In this document: positions 25,992-35,140 of the stretch, piece by piece | Layout of the letters: each line of letters starts with the position of its first letter | How positions within the stretch are numbered: the first letter of the stretch is position 1 | Source: a virus | Strand: one strand, 5' to 3' | IMG/VR virus record: IMGVR_UViG_3300001041_000020 | Span: 7,709 to 71,708 of that record | DNA: 64,000 nucleotides | Translations under genes and position numbers: made by a program | Notes under the pieces: generated by a model | What the model was told of the DNA's origin: nothing | The model's database searches: none | Seen by the model: only the letters and a program-made list of their open reading frames with translations

Positions 25992-28391
25992 CTATTTTGC
26001 AGCGTTCTTCTCATCACCTCCTTGGCGCGTAATAGGTGCAGGAAGGTGGGTGACAAACTTGGCATAATTCTCGTTGCACTTTATCAGATTCAAACTGTGA
26101 TAGCGTTTGAGGTTCAGTAAATCCTCTTCTGTGTATGGGTACAATTCGCTCTTAAGCTCATCAAAGTTCTTTTTATCCGACCCGCTTATTAGCATGTAGG
26201 AAGCATTGGCAGTGCGTAAGTCCTCCCTGATCTGCTTGATCTGGTTTAAGTAATGGCAACTGATGATAGGCTTCAGATTAAACTTAGGGAGTTGGCTTAA
26301 CTTCTTCGCCAGAAATTTCTCCGCATTCCTGACCTGGTAAAGCTCATCGATTTCTAGATTAACCTTAGTCATTTTGGATCTATCAATATTTTGGGCATCA
26401 AACTGGGCTTCCCGGATCTGCAACGCCAGCCATATTTTAGTTAGCCAGTATGTTACATATACGTCCCGTTCATTGTCAGTAAGGAACATTCTTTGTGGCA
26501 TCTTGATAACGATCAGTTGATTCTTTTGGATCTCCCTTACTAGGTCGATATTGTTCTCGCTGCCTTTTTTGAGCATTGTCTCGAGGTAAGCGTTGACCTT
26601 TAGTTTCTGCAGCCGGTCGACTGCACCGGTGATTAGGTGCATCCGGGTACCGACTACTTTACCTTTTTCGACGGTATCTAGCTCGAGCAGGTACCCAATA
26701 TATTCTTCCATGTTTTCCATCTGCTCCTCGGGTGTGTTTTCGATGAAAGACTTACGGATTTTATAATTCATCAGCACCGCAAATACGTCTTTAATATTCC
26801 CGTTAGTCAAGAATACGACCAAAGCAGCACTTTCGAAGTATCGGCCCATGCGAGCTGTGAAGTTAGCGTCATCCGCGTTTATGCTGTCTACGAGGGTCAT
26901 AAGGAGGGCTGTTTGCTCCTTGGCATTCTTATATTGGACAAAAGGATCTGTGCTCGGCGGAACTTCGTTATATCCCAGGCCTTGCAAGGTGTCCCAATTA
27001 TCACACCTTAGTTCTAATACCTTATCCGCAGGGAAGGAGCTAGCTATCTCAGTGCTAAGCTGGCAGCTCCCAATATAATCCGGGATAATAACGCACTCCC
27101 CAGCTTCGATAGCGTCTCTGGCGATGTTTGCCAAATACTTAGATTTACCCGCTCTATTTGGGCCGATCAATACGAGGCCCAGCATCCTGTATTCGGCATC
27201 AGTACTCATATAAACTTTTTGGCAGTTACCCTTAAATGTATTGGTGCCTAAACACATCACGCCCGTAAGGAGTTCTTCGGGTACTTCTGATTCTAGCGTT
27301 CCAATCCGTTCAATAAACTTGTGCTTCTCCAGTAACTCTCTGCCGGGCAGCGCAATAAAATTAGAGCATTCATTTTCACTGGCCTTAAAGGAAGCGGCTC
27401 CCTTAATCCTCGTGGCTAACGGGTTAAACTTGCCATACAAGCGCTTATGGGTTAAAGAGTTATCCTCCGAGATCGTATCAAAACTCTGGGCAAGACTCTT
27501 GGCATTGTTGTATTGCTGCATCTTATCCTTGCTTTCACTTAGCACTAAAATTTGAGTATCTAGAACCGTACTCTTACCCTTGGACAGGGTGTATTCTGAA
27601 ATAATCTTAGTATTTCTGAGGCTGGAGATAATCTGATCAAAAACCTCGCATTCCTTACTTCGCGTTGCTTTTTTGTTTTCCCCAGCAAGGAGTGCGCTTG
27701 CATTGTTCACGAGTCCATTTATTTGAGAGAATGCCCATTTAAGCAGGTATCCTACGTTCGCAACATTTTGGTCAACAGGGAGATCACTACGCATCTTCGC
27801 TATGGTTTTCTTATACTTAGTAGGCCACGAGAATTGGGACGTAGGAATGAAGTTGTAAAATATACCCACGCTGTCGCCATCCTCCATGATGTCTACGATG
27901 TTAAGGTTTGCCTCTAGCAGGTCATTGTTGCGTTTGTCTACGGCCAGACTTAAGCCGTCTTCCTTGCGGTAAAACAGGTGATACTTGGTTGCGGAATCCC
28001 CAAACGCAGGGATCGTAGTTATATCAGTAACAGGTTTCGCCGTGAGTCCTTTCCAAGTGCCGGATAGCTTCTCTTGGAGAATGTTGGCGTACTGCGTAGG
28101 GACAATAAAGTAGAACTCAATTCGCTTCTTTTCGATGTAAATGAAGTATGAAACCTTAAGTGCTAGGGCTACCGAATACTTAGTGCCGATCATGAATTCT
28201 CTACCCAGGATACTGACAAGTTTTCCTTGTTCAACCTTGATGCTTCGCTTAATGTCTCGGTAAAGAGATCCGATGGTCGTAGCGATATTGGAAGTGCCGT
28301 TGTTTAATATAGAGTTGTTAGGCGTTAATTTGATATAGGTGTACTCAGGCTTAACAAACGCTACGTAATCACTAAGCCTAATAGATTTCAT
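25992..28391 (-). CDS. VirB4/TraG/HerA-FtsK superfamily P-loop ATPase
   Basis: Walker A GPNRAGKS, Walker B LEIDE, SCHYLNQ. Confidence 0.75.
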   Translation of the reverse strand: MKSIRLSDYVAFVKPEYTYIKLTPNNSILNNGTSNIATTIGSLYRDIKRSIKVEQGKLVSILGREFMIGTKYSVALALKVSYFIYIEKKRIEFYFIVPTQYANILQEKLSGTWKGLTAKPVTDITTIPAFGDSATKYHLFYRKEDGLSLAVDKRNNDLLEANLNIVDIMEDGDSVGIFYNFIPTSQFSWPTKYKKTIAKMRSDLPVDQNVANVGYLLKWAFSQINGLVNNASALLAGENKKATRSKECEVFDQIISSLRNTKIISEYTLSKGKSTVLDTQILVLSESKDKMQQYNNAKSLAQSFDTISEDNSLTHKRLYGKFNPLATRIKGAASFKASENECSNFIALPGRELLEKHKFIERIGTLESEVPEELLTGVMCLGTNTFKGNCQKVYMSTDAEYRMLGLVLIGPNRAGKSKYLANIARDAIEAGECVIIPDYIGSCQLSTEIASSFPADKVLELRCDNWDTLQGLGYNEVPPSTDPFVQYKNAKEQTALLMTLVDSINADDANFTARMGRYFESAALVVFLTNGNIKDVFAVLMNYKIRKSFIENTPEEQMENMEEYIGYLLELDTVEKGKVVGTRMHLITGAVDRLQKLKVNAYLETMLKKGSENNIDLVREIQKNQLIVIKMPQRMFLTDNERDVYVTYWLTKIWLALQIREAQFDAQNIDRSKMTKVNLEIDELYQVRNAEKFLAKKLSQLPKFNLKPIISCHYLNQIKQIREDLRTANASYMLISGSDKKNFDELKSELYPYTEEDLLNLKRYHSLNLIKCNENYAKFVTHLPAPITRQGGDEKNAAK

Positions 28392-28407
28392 AATTTCAAA
28401 TCACCTC

Positions 28408-29028
28408 CTACTTTAGATTTAAGTACGGGGCTGGATCCACCGAGTGTTTACCTTTGTCTAAACGTATCTCGAAATGAACATGAGGGCCGGTGGACTTTCC
28501 AGTGTTTCCGGATAAAGCGATGACTTCTCCTTTGTTTACCGGTTGGCCAACTATAACTAATACCTGACTATTGTGGGCATACATTGTTTGAGTACCGTCT
28601 GGATGATCTACCTCTACTACATTACCGACTATGTTACCTTTGTACCCCGCAAAGCTTACAGTGCCCGACTTGCTGGAGCGGACTTTGGTGCCCTCGCTTA
28701 CAGCGAAATCAATGCCGTGATGAAATCCTCCGTCACGTGGGCCAAAAGGGGAGGACACAGGGCCGGATACCGGAGCAATATAATCTGATGCAGCAATAGG
28801 AGCTGCTTGGGCGGGCGGGCCAAGAACGGCCACAATCATAATGTAGGCGACTAACAAGATTCCTGCATAACGAATCCCTTGCTTCAGTCCTCCGGCGTAA
28901 AGTATTACAAGTATGGTACAGCCAAGCACTGTAACTGTGTGCATATAGCTCATGAATAGATCGGGTTTAGCGGTAATTAAGGTAACAAGGGCCATTAATA
29001 GCCCGCCTTTTAGTGCCAATGCCAGCAT
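28408..29028 (-). CDS. Membrane-anchored M23 peptidase
   Basis: HHGIDF, YAH, STGPHVHFE; N-terminal TMs. Confidence 0.88.
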   Translation of the reverse strand: MLALALKGGLLMALVTLITAKPDLFMSYMHTVTVLGCTILVILYAGGLKQGIRYAGILLVAYIMIVAVLGPPAQAAPIAASDYIAPVSGPVSSPFGPRDGGFHHGIDFAVSEGTKVRSSKSGTVSFAGYKGNIVGNVVEVDHPDGTQTMYAHNSQVLVIVGQPVNKGEVIALSGNTGKSTGPHVHFEIRLDKGKHSVDPAPYLNLK

Positions 29029-29041
29029 AAATTAACCCCTC

Positions 29042-29365
29042 CTAACTCAAGAACCCCTCTATCTGCAGCACAATATTAGGTATCAAGATGATTAAAGCAA
29101 CACAGGCAGCATAGGCGATAGACTTCTCCTTAATTCCATCGTAGTCTCCATTAAGGGCGCACTGAATTGCGTCTAACGCCCACTTACCGATAATAATCCA
29201 TTTGCCAACGGAGAATATTTTTTTGTAGGCGCGCATTCCCCCATCATCTACGCTGCCCGCAGCTAATGCCGTACTAGGGATAAGCAATAAGATAGCGGAC
29301 GTAAACGCAACCTGGATATAAAAGGATTTATGTCGCTGAAAATGGCTAACAACTTTTACCAACAT
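29042..29365 (-). CDS. VirB2/TrbC pilin-like membrane protein
   Basis: Signal peptide ending ALAA plus two hydrophobic helices. Confidence 0.55.
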   Translation of the reverse strand: MLVKVVSHFQRHKSFYIQVAFTSAILLLIPSTALAAGSVDDGGMRAYKKIFSVGKWIIIGKWALDAIQCALNGDYDGIKEKSIAYAACVALIILIPNIVLQIEGFLS

Positions 29366-29453
29366 GATATTTCACTCCTTTTCGGTATATTTCAGCTAGC
29401 TGTCGAATAGAGTTTAAAAACTTTAAACTCAATAGGCAGAGTCTAGCCCTCGA

Positions 29454-29744
29454 TCAAGAGCTTCGATATCCTCCGTGATGTTGGGGCTCTTTTTCGTTTT
29501 TAGGGCCTTTTTCCTTAAGTCTGATCGTTAGTTCGTGGGCTATTAGTTGTGCATCGGCTGGTGTGATGGAGGTTGGCGACCTATCCCTTGTTCCCATTAC
29601 ACCCATCTCAACCAACTTCAGTCGAACCCCATCCCTGACAATATCGGCCATTTCTCCCTCCTCCAGCTTTAAGTTACTGACGGCTTGTTGGATGTCTTTG
29701 TCTCGCTTGCGAAGTCTTGCCCGCAGAATTGTTATGTCGCTCAT
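29454..29744 (-). CDS. RHH-like regulator
   Basis: ILRARLRKRDKDI...ADIVRDGVR; RBS GGAGG. Confidence 0.55.
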   Translation of the reverse strand: MSDITILRARLRKRDKDIQQAVSNLKLEEGEMADIVRDGVRLKLVEMGVMGTRDRSPTSITPADAQLIAHELTIRLKEKGPKNEKEPQHHGGYRSS

Positions 29745-29888
29745 GTGTGTACCTCCTGTGTCTTGGTTGTGCTACCATCGTGATACATGTGTGTTTCGCT
29801 TGTGTCACAAATTACCTGTTAAAGATATATGCCTTGCAAGGTATAATATTACTCGCAAGGACTATTTTTGTATAAAAAAATTCCCTGA

Positions 29889-30080
29889 TTATTCAGGGAA
29901 GAGATATTCAATGGGTTTATTTAGGGCTTTCGAGAACTTCCTAGCTGTTTCAAGAGAGATACTTGTCTTCACTTTTTCATTTATGATTCGACTTATCACA
30001 TTTTGACGTATACCAGTTAGTTCTTGAAGTTCTTTTTGAGTTATTCTTCTTTCTTTCATTGCTTCGCGTAAACGATTCAT
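29889..30080 (-). CDS. XRE HTH regulator
   Basis: ITQKELQELTGIRQNVISRIIN. Confidence 0.85.
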   Translation of the reverse strand: MNRLREAMKERRITQKELQELTGIRQNVISRIINEKVKTSISLETARKFSKALNKPIEYLFPE

Positions 30081-30131
30081 ACTATCACCACAGGAAATAT
30101 ATTCCATATATCGTATCTAAAATCCTTCTTT

Positions 30132-30347
30132 TTAATGATAATAATCAGGCCAAAGGTAATCAACCTTCTCTCCAAGCGCAAGTGCAATATCTTGAGCAGT
30201 AGATAAATAACAATCTTTTCCATTCATGATTTGAGATAAATGAGACTTAGAGTAGCCAGTTATTTCCTCTAAGTCTTTTAGTCTTAAACCCTTTTTAATC
30301 ATAGCGTCATAAGCCCTGCAACGCTTGTGTTGTTTCAATATCATCAC
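30132..30347 (-). CDS. XRE HTH regulator
   Basis: LKDLEEITGYSKSHLSQIMNG. Confidence 0.8.
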   Translation of the reverse strand: MMILKQHKRCRAYDAMIKKGLRLKDLEEITGYSKSHLSQIMNGKDCYLSTAQDIALALGEKVDYLWPDYYH

Positions 30348-30551
30348 CGAGGCTTAAAGTTCAACAAGAATTGCTTGTTTCCTTCGCTAAAATGGGTATT
30401 ATGGGAAGTTTATACTTAAGTTAAAATATTGTGTCAAAAATATGCTATATTTAGCGTAAACTATGTAGTTTTCTCACAAGACATTATGACTCAATTCGAC
30501 ATGGTTCTAGGTTTAAACTTATAGGTAGCACCAAGGGAATGACATAAATGA

Positions 30552-30746
30552 ATGGTTGGTAATAGAATAGCTGAATTTAGAAAGGAGAAAGGTTGGACAC
30601 AAAAAGACCTGGCCGAAGCGGCTAGGTTAAGCAGGGGATACATTGCAGCTATTGAAGAGGGGAATCAGAAACCTAAAATCAAAACTGTAGTAATGATAGC
30701 GGGAGCATTAGGAGTTGAGGTAAAAGAGCTTTACGATGATAAATAA
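30552..30746 (+). CDS. XRE HTH regulator
   Basis: WTQKDLAEAARLSRGYIAAIEEG. Confidence 0.85.
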   Translation: MVGNRIAEFRKEKGWTQKDLAEAARLSRGYIAAIEEGNQKPKIKTVVMIAGALGVEVKELYDDK

Positions 30747-30780
30747 TGAAATAATTAATTAGCCTTCGACAAATTACCCC

Positions 30781-30810
30781 TTGATGAATATACGGAACAC
30801 GTGTTCTAAT
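30781..30810 (+). promoter_or_regulatory. Promoter overlapped by Firmicutes SOS (LexA/DinR) box
   Basis: GAAC-ACGT-GTTC at 30795-30806 downstream of TTGATG. Confidence 0.65.
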
Positions 30811-30846
30811 AAAAAGGCAATAAATGTTCTTGAGGGAGGTTGTATT

Positions 30847-31125
30847 TTGGGAACAAAAACGAAGGTAAATGAAGATCAATTCAAGAATGAATTTCTCGAT
30901 GAGGCCAATGTACTTGTGGAGGTCAAGGTCAGTGATGATGAAGGGGAAACATGGCATAGAAGGAAGATCAGCATGGTCGCCGGATTAGATGAATCTGGTC
31001 TTTTAGTCGGAGAATTATTTCAATTCAATGGCGAGAAGTATAAGGTCTCAGTGGGCGAAGATGGGCTGATAGCTGAGCCACTAAAAATACCGACTGAGAG
31101 GAAATCGAAACAAGGTAGGAAATAA
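30847..31125 (+). CDS. Small putatively SOS-regulated protein
   Basis: TTG start after GGGAGG. Confidence 0.6.
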   Translation: MGTKTKVNEDQFKNEFLDEANVLVEVKVSDDEGETWHRRKISMVAGLDESGLLVGELFQFNGEKYKVSVGEDGLIAEPLKIPTERKSKQGRK

Positions 31126-31290
31126 ACAAGGAAGCCCGTACACCCCGCAAGAGTTTCGGACTTCCCTAGCAAAATCCCCTCACGAAGGGAATATTTGTAA
31201 TGTAATTATATCCAGTAGCGCAACTGATGACAAGCTGTAAATATTGAGATGTTGCGTTTTATGCAACTAATTAAGAGAGGAATTGGTTTT

Positions 31291-31539
31291 ATGTTTCAAA
31301 TAACTTTAAAGACAGCAAGGGAATTAAATGGGCATACATTAGAGGAAGCGGCAAAATGCTTAGGTATGAATATGGATAATTATTGTAATGTAGAGAATGA
31401 TCCTAGTCAAATACCGCTGAGTTTAATTTGTGAAATAGTAGTCTTTTATGGTGTTGCGATGAGTATTATATATCCAGGAACAGAAGCCGAATGCATAAAG
31501 CACAATCAAAAGCTCGTTATTAATAGGGGTAACAATTAG
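31291..31539 (+). CDS. XRE HTH regulator
   Basis: ITLKTARELNGHTLEEAAKCLG. Confidence 0.8.
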   Translation: MFQITLKTARELNGHTLEEAAKCLGMNMDNYCNVENDPSQIPLSLICEIVVFYGVAMSIIYPGTEAECIKHNQKLVINRGNN

Positions 31540-31790
31540 GTAACGCAATCATACAAATGGCTATTATTTAGTATTAAAGATATTGCAGTAATAAATTGTA
31601 AATAAGGCGTAAAGCCTCGATTTTACGCACTCTTGTAGTATACCGTTAAAGATATTTCTTCCTATTTAAAGTACCTATTTTATGGGCGGCATGATGTAAG
31701 CGAAAGCTTACAATCCGCTCGTACCAATGGACTGAGCGTTTTAAAAACTCATAATTTCCTCCTGGGGTAACGAAAGGGTAACGCAATCAC
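31526..31790 (+). other. attP with arm sites and groEL-3'-like core
   Basis: Paired GGGGTAAC/GGTAACGCAATC repeats at 31526-31550 and 31764-31789 flank ATGGGCGGCATGATGTAA (31682-31699, MGGMM*). Confidence 0.78.
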
Positions 31791-31828
31791 ATAAAACATA
31801 TTCCATACCCATGGATGGTATGGAATAA

Positions 31829-33085
31829 TTAGAGGCTTTTCATGAGTTCGCTGAACTTTTGGGAGGCCTCTTTTTTCATTGCTTTTGTAGTGTGCATATA
31901 AACCAACCTTGTTGTTTTATCATCCTTGTGTCCTAGCCTCTCCATGATCTCGGGGAGACTTACTCCAGCTTCAGCCAAGAGAGAGGTGTGGGTATGCCGT
32001 AAAGAGTGTGGAGTTAGTGAAGTATTTAAACTAGCGATTTTTAAAAGGCGGCGCATTCTGTTTTCTATCGTTTTTATGATTTCCGGATAACCAAGGTACT
32101 TAACCTCTTTGGTGAATACAAAATCTTTATCATGCCATGTGCTACGGTTCTCCATCTTGACAATATTCTGTTCGGACTTGTGCTTCTTTAGCTCCTCTAA
32201 AACAACTCCATCCACTGTTATTTTGCGCTTTAGCCCGTTCTTTGGCAGTACGAGCTTGTATTTTTTAATATTGTTATTTGGGTTATATAACGTCTTTGTG
32301 ATATTGACTGCACATTCATCGAAGTCAATATCTTTCCATTTAAGGGCGCACAGTTCCCCGACTCTCATGCCGGTATAGGCCAACAACATGAACACCTGAT
32401 AATCTTTATCTAAGCCCTTATTTTTAGCTGTTTTCAAGAATAAGGACAGTTCATCTTTCTCCATGTATTTTATTTCCTCTTCTTCGTCCTCCAACTCATC
32501 AATAGATTTAGTCTCGTCCCTTGGCAAATAAGCGTATTGTGTAGGATCGATTTTTAATTCTCCTACTTCAAGTGCCCTTTTGAAAATCATCCTCGCGGTA
32601 ACGTGTATTCCTTCAAGGGTTTGTCGACTTAAACCGCCTTTGTCATTTCCTTTTTTATCTTTACCCTTACCGTGCTCCTTGAGGTCAATAAGGGCATTTT
32701 GATATTGCTTCAAAGTTATATTCTTAAGCTTTAGTTTCGCAAAGTATTTATTTAGATGCGCAAGCTCATGTATGCGAATCCTTATTGTTCCGTCTTTACG
32801 TTGTCTCTTTCCGGAGTTTTTATAATAGTCCATCCATTCCTTAGCAAATTCCTCAAAGGTTAGATTTGACTCTTTAATAAATGCCCCCTGTACTACCTCA
32901 TCTATAACCTTCGCAACTGCCAATTGGGCAGCTTTTTTTGTTTTAAAGCCTCCTTTCTTTGTCTGATCACGTCCGCCGGTCTTAGGGTCAACACCAACAT
33001 CAACAATGTAGTACCATGTTGCTCCACAATTGCATTTCTTTTTGTCAGCACATTTGCATTTCGGCTTATATACATGGCCTTGCAT
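31829..33085 (-). CDS. int: Phage tyrosine integrase with arm-binding domain
   Basis: TKKGGFKTKKAA, YTGMRVGEL, HSLRHTH, RLGH...VY. Confidence 0.95.
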   Translation of the reverse strand: MQGHVYKPKCKCADKKKCNCGATWYYIVDVGVDPKTGGRDQTKKGGFKTKKAAQLAVAKVIDEVVQGAFIKESNLTFEEFAKEWMDYYKNSGKRQRKDGTIRIRIHELAHLNKYFAKLKLKNITLKQYQNALIDLKEHGKGKDKKGNDKGGLSRQTLEGIHVTARMIFKRALEVGELKIDPTQYAYLPRDETKSIDELEDEEEEIKYMEKDELSLFLKTAKNKGLDKDYQVFMLLAYTGMRVGELCALKWKDIDFDECAVNITKTLYNPNNNIKKYKLVLPKNGLKRKITVDGVVLEELKKHKSEQNIVKMENRSTWHDKDFVFTKEVKYLGYPEIIKTIENRMRRLLKIASLNTSLTPHSLRHTHTSLLAEAGVSLPEIMERLGHKDDKTTRLVYMHTTKAMKKEASQKFSELMKSL

Positions 33086-33091
33086 CGGCCC

Positions 33092-33436
33092 CTACTCCCT
33101 TCTCTTGAGGCAGTCGTTGTCAACCAATAAAACTTCTTCTAGATATAGCTTTAGTCGCTTAATCCCGTACTCATTAAGGAGATTGATTCCTTTTAAATTG
33201 TCCTTAAAATTGAAATCCGGCTCATCGCTTTTAATAAATTTTCCTGTTGCTAAATAGTCAACAGTTACATCGAAGTATTCTGCAATCTTAACAGCATTGT
33301 CGAATTTAATATCCTTCAATTGCTTCTTAATTATGCTATCAAGCGTTGTGTACGGTATCCCTGTGTCTTTTGCAATATCAGATATCTTTACTCCTTCTTC
33401 TGCCATAAGCTCCCTAAACACTTCCCAAAGTTCCAA
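33092..33436 (-). CDS. CI/ImmR-like repressor (HTH only, no S24 peptidase)
   Basis: IAKDTGIPYTTLDSII...FDVTVDYL; divergent from cro. Confidence 0.85.
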   Translation of the reverse strand: MELWEVFRELMAEEGVKISDIAKDTGIPYTTLDSIIKKQLKDIKFDNAVKIAEYFDVTVDYLATGKFIKSDEPDFNFKDNLKGINLLNEYGIKRLKLYLEEVLLVDNDCLKRRE

Positions 33437-33475
33437 TTCTCCGCACCTCCGTTCACTGTATTGTACATAAAAATA

Positions 33476-33575
33476 TTACGAATATCAATGTATTATTTAC
33501 GAAAAGTAGTAATATTATTCTTGACTCATTACGAATATTCGTATAATATTAAAATAATATTACGAAGTATCGTAA
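33476..33575. promoter_or_regulatory. Lysis/lysogeny switch with four operators
   Basis: TTACGAA..TCGTAA-type palindromes at 33476, 33497, 33529, 33560; third lies between TTGACT 33521 and TATAAT 33542. Confidence 0.8.
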
Positions 33576-33595
33576 AGGAGAGGAGCGGGGTGACG

Positions 33596-33835
33596 ATGGA
33601 GCAAATGTTTTATCCTACGTTTAAGGCGGAAGTTGCGCGTAGGGGATTAAAGCCTGTTGACGTAGTGGTTGCAGCCTTAAATGTTTCCCCTAAGACGGCA
33701 TACAACAAAGTCACCGGAGTAACGGCATTTACGTTAAACGAGACTGCCGCAGTCAGGGACAAGTATTTTCCAGAGATGACTATTGATGAATTATTTTTAC
33801 CAACACAGGTATCAACGCAAGAGGAGGCGCAGTAA
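33596..33835 (+). CDS. Cro-like regulator
   Basis: YPTFKAEVARRG...TAFTLNE...YFPEMTIDELF. Confidence 0.8.
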   Translation: MEQMFYPTFKAEVARRGLKPVDVVVAALNVSPKTAYNKVTGVTAFTLNETAAVRDKYFPEMTIDELFLPTQVSTQEEAQ

Positions 33836-34035
33836 TGAATGAGCTTCCCGAAATGCTAACAGCAAAACATATAGCTACACACCTCGGGATATCCCGTCGT
33901 CGCGTTTACGAATTATTCCAATTGAAGCCAGAGTTTGGAGGTATTCCGAACTTTGAGATCGGACTTTCCAAGAGGGTTGAAAAGAGTGACTTTCTGAAAT
34001 GGATCGCGGATCGAAAGCGTGAAAAGGCAAGCTGA
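33835..34035 (+). CDS. Excisionase-like HTH_17 protein
   Basis: LPEMLTAKHIATHLGISRRRVYEL. Confidence 0.8.
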   Translation: MNELPEMLTAKHIATHLGISRRRVYELFQLKPEFGGIPNFEIGLSKRVEKSDFLKWIADRKREKAS

Positions 34036-34153
34036 TATCTAACCTTGTGAAAAAGTTGACTATAGGAGATACCTTACTCCGGTGGAATTAGTCCATTCCT
34101 CATCACCGATTACCTTGTTGTTCAAAGTATCTCACGAAAGCAGGTGCAAATAA

Positions 34154-34633
34154 ATGTCAAGAATCGCAACTAAATGTGCGGATAATGCATTCCATATTGC
34201 GCGAATAAACGCGATTACGAGCAATGAAATGTTTAGCAGCCGCGAAGGCGTAGCGGAGATCACAGGTATAGAGCGAACAAGACTTGGGCGAATTGAGGCC
34301 GGAACCCTAGTTCCTTACCCAGAAGAAGTGTTATTACTGGCTCACGTTTATAATGCGCCGGAACTAGCTAACCATTACTGCTCCAAGGAGTGTCCTCTCG
34401 GCAAGCAAACAATACGTCCGGTTGAAACAGGGGATTTAGACCGTTTAACAATACAGGCACTGTCAGCTTTGCAGCATATAGCCCCAATCAAGGACATGCT
34501 TATTGAGGTTGCCGCTGACGGAGTAATTAGCGATGATGAAAGGCCAAAGTTTAAACAAATCCTAGATGCCTTATACACGATTGCAGACAACGCTGAATCA
34601 TTGAAACTGTGGGCCAAGAAAAACCTTAAATAG
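34154..34633 (+). CDS. Phage XRE/CII-like regulator
   Basis: SREGVAE...IE.G...PYPEEV, YNAPEL..HYCSKECPLG. Confidence 0.7.
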   Translation: MSRIATKCADNAFHIARINAITSNEMFSSREGVAEITGIERTRLGRIEAGTLVPYPEEVLLLAHVYNAPELANHYCSKECPLGKQTIRPVETGDLDRLTIQALSALQHIAPIKDMLIEVAADGVISDDERPKFKQILDALYTIADNAESLKLWAKKNLK

Positions 34634-34673
34634 AGATTGTGAAAACGTTGGTCATTGGAGGGGGGAAAGTAAA

Positions 34674-34913
34674 GTGGGTATTAATTTCAAGGCAACGATC
34701 AAAAAGGGAAGTCCAATGCCATGCATCTGTGAAATATGCAGTTCGGTAAAAGCACTTCCCGTGGCTGATCGGGACAAAGTCGTCCCGGAAAATAACTTGT
34801 GTTTTAAGGCTGAGGATTGGGTTCGTCCATATAAACCATTTACTAACTCAAAGCGAACTGTCTCGTTAACATGTAAGGGATTTTCGCATATGAGAAGTTG
34901 CACGTACAGGTAG
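34674..34913 (+). CDS. Hypothetical protein
   Basis: RBS GGAGG; operon context. Confidence 0.5.
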   Translation: MGINFKATIKKGSPMPCICEICSSVKALPVADRDKVVPENNLCFKAEDWVRPYKPFTNSKRTVSLTCKGFSHMRSCTYR

Positions 34914-34930
34914 GAAAGGAGCCCGAGCCC

Positions 34931-35140
34931 ATGGCCACACCAAAATGTAAAACCTGTAACTGGCGAATCTCATCAGGCAAGAAAAGCTACTGTATCCACC
35001 TAGGCGCACCCCGAAAAAGAAGAAGTGAACCAGTCTGGATTCCGTCGAAGGAAGCGAAGCCGAGTCCTAGTTGGTGTCCGTTGAGGGTTGGGCAGGAAGG
35101 AGGAAGCAATGAGCGAACGATTAACTGCACGAAGCCCTAG
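34931..35140 (+). CDS. Small Cys-rich protein
   Basis: CKTC...PSWCPL. Confidence 0.55.
   Translation: MATPKCKTCNWRISSGKKSYCIHLGAPRKRRSEPVWIPSKEAKPSPSWCPLRVGQEGGSNERTINCTKP

Noticed and set aside
25992-29365. Complete conjugative element (ICE) inserted in the phage
   Set aside because: No relaxase, coupling-protein pair, VirB6/VirB8 or element boundaries are recognisable.
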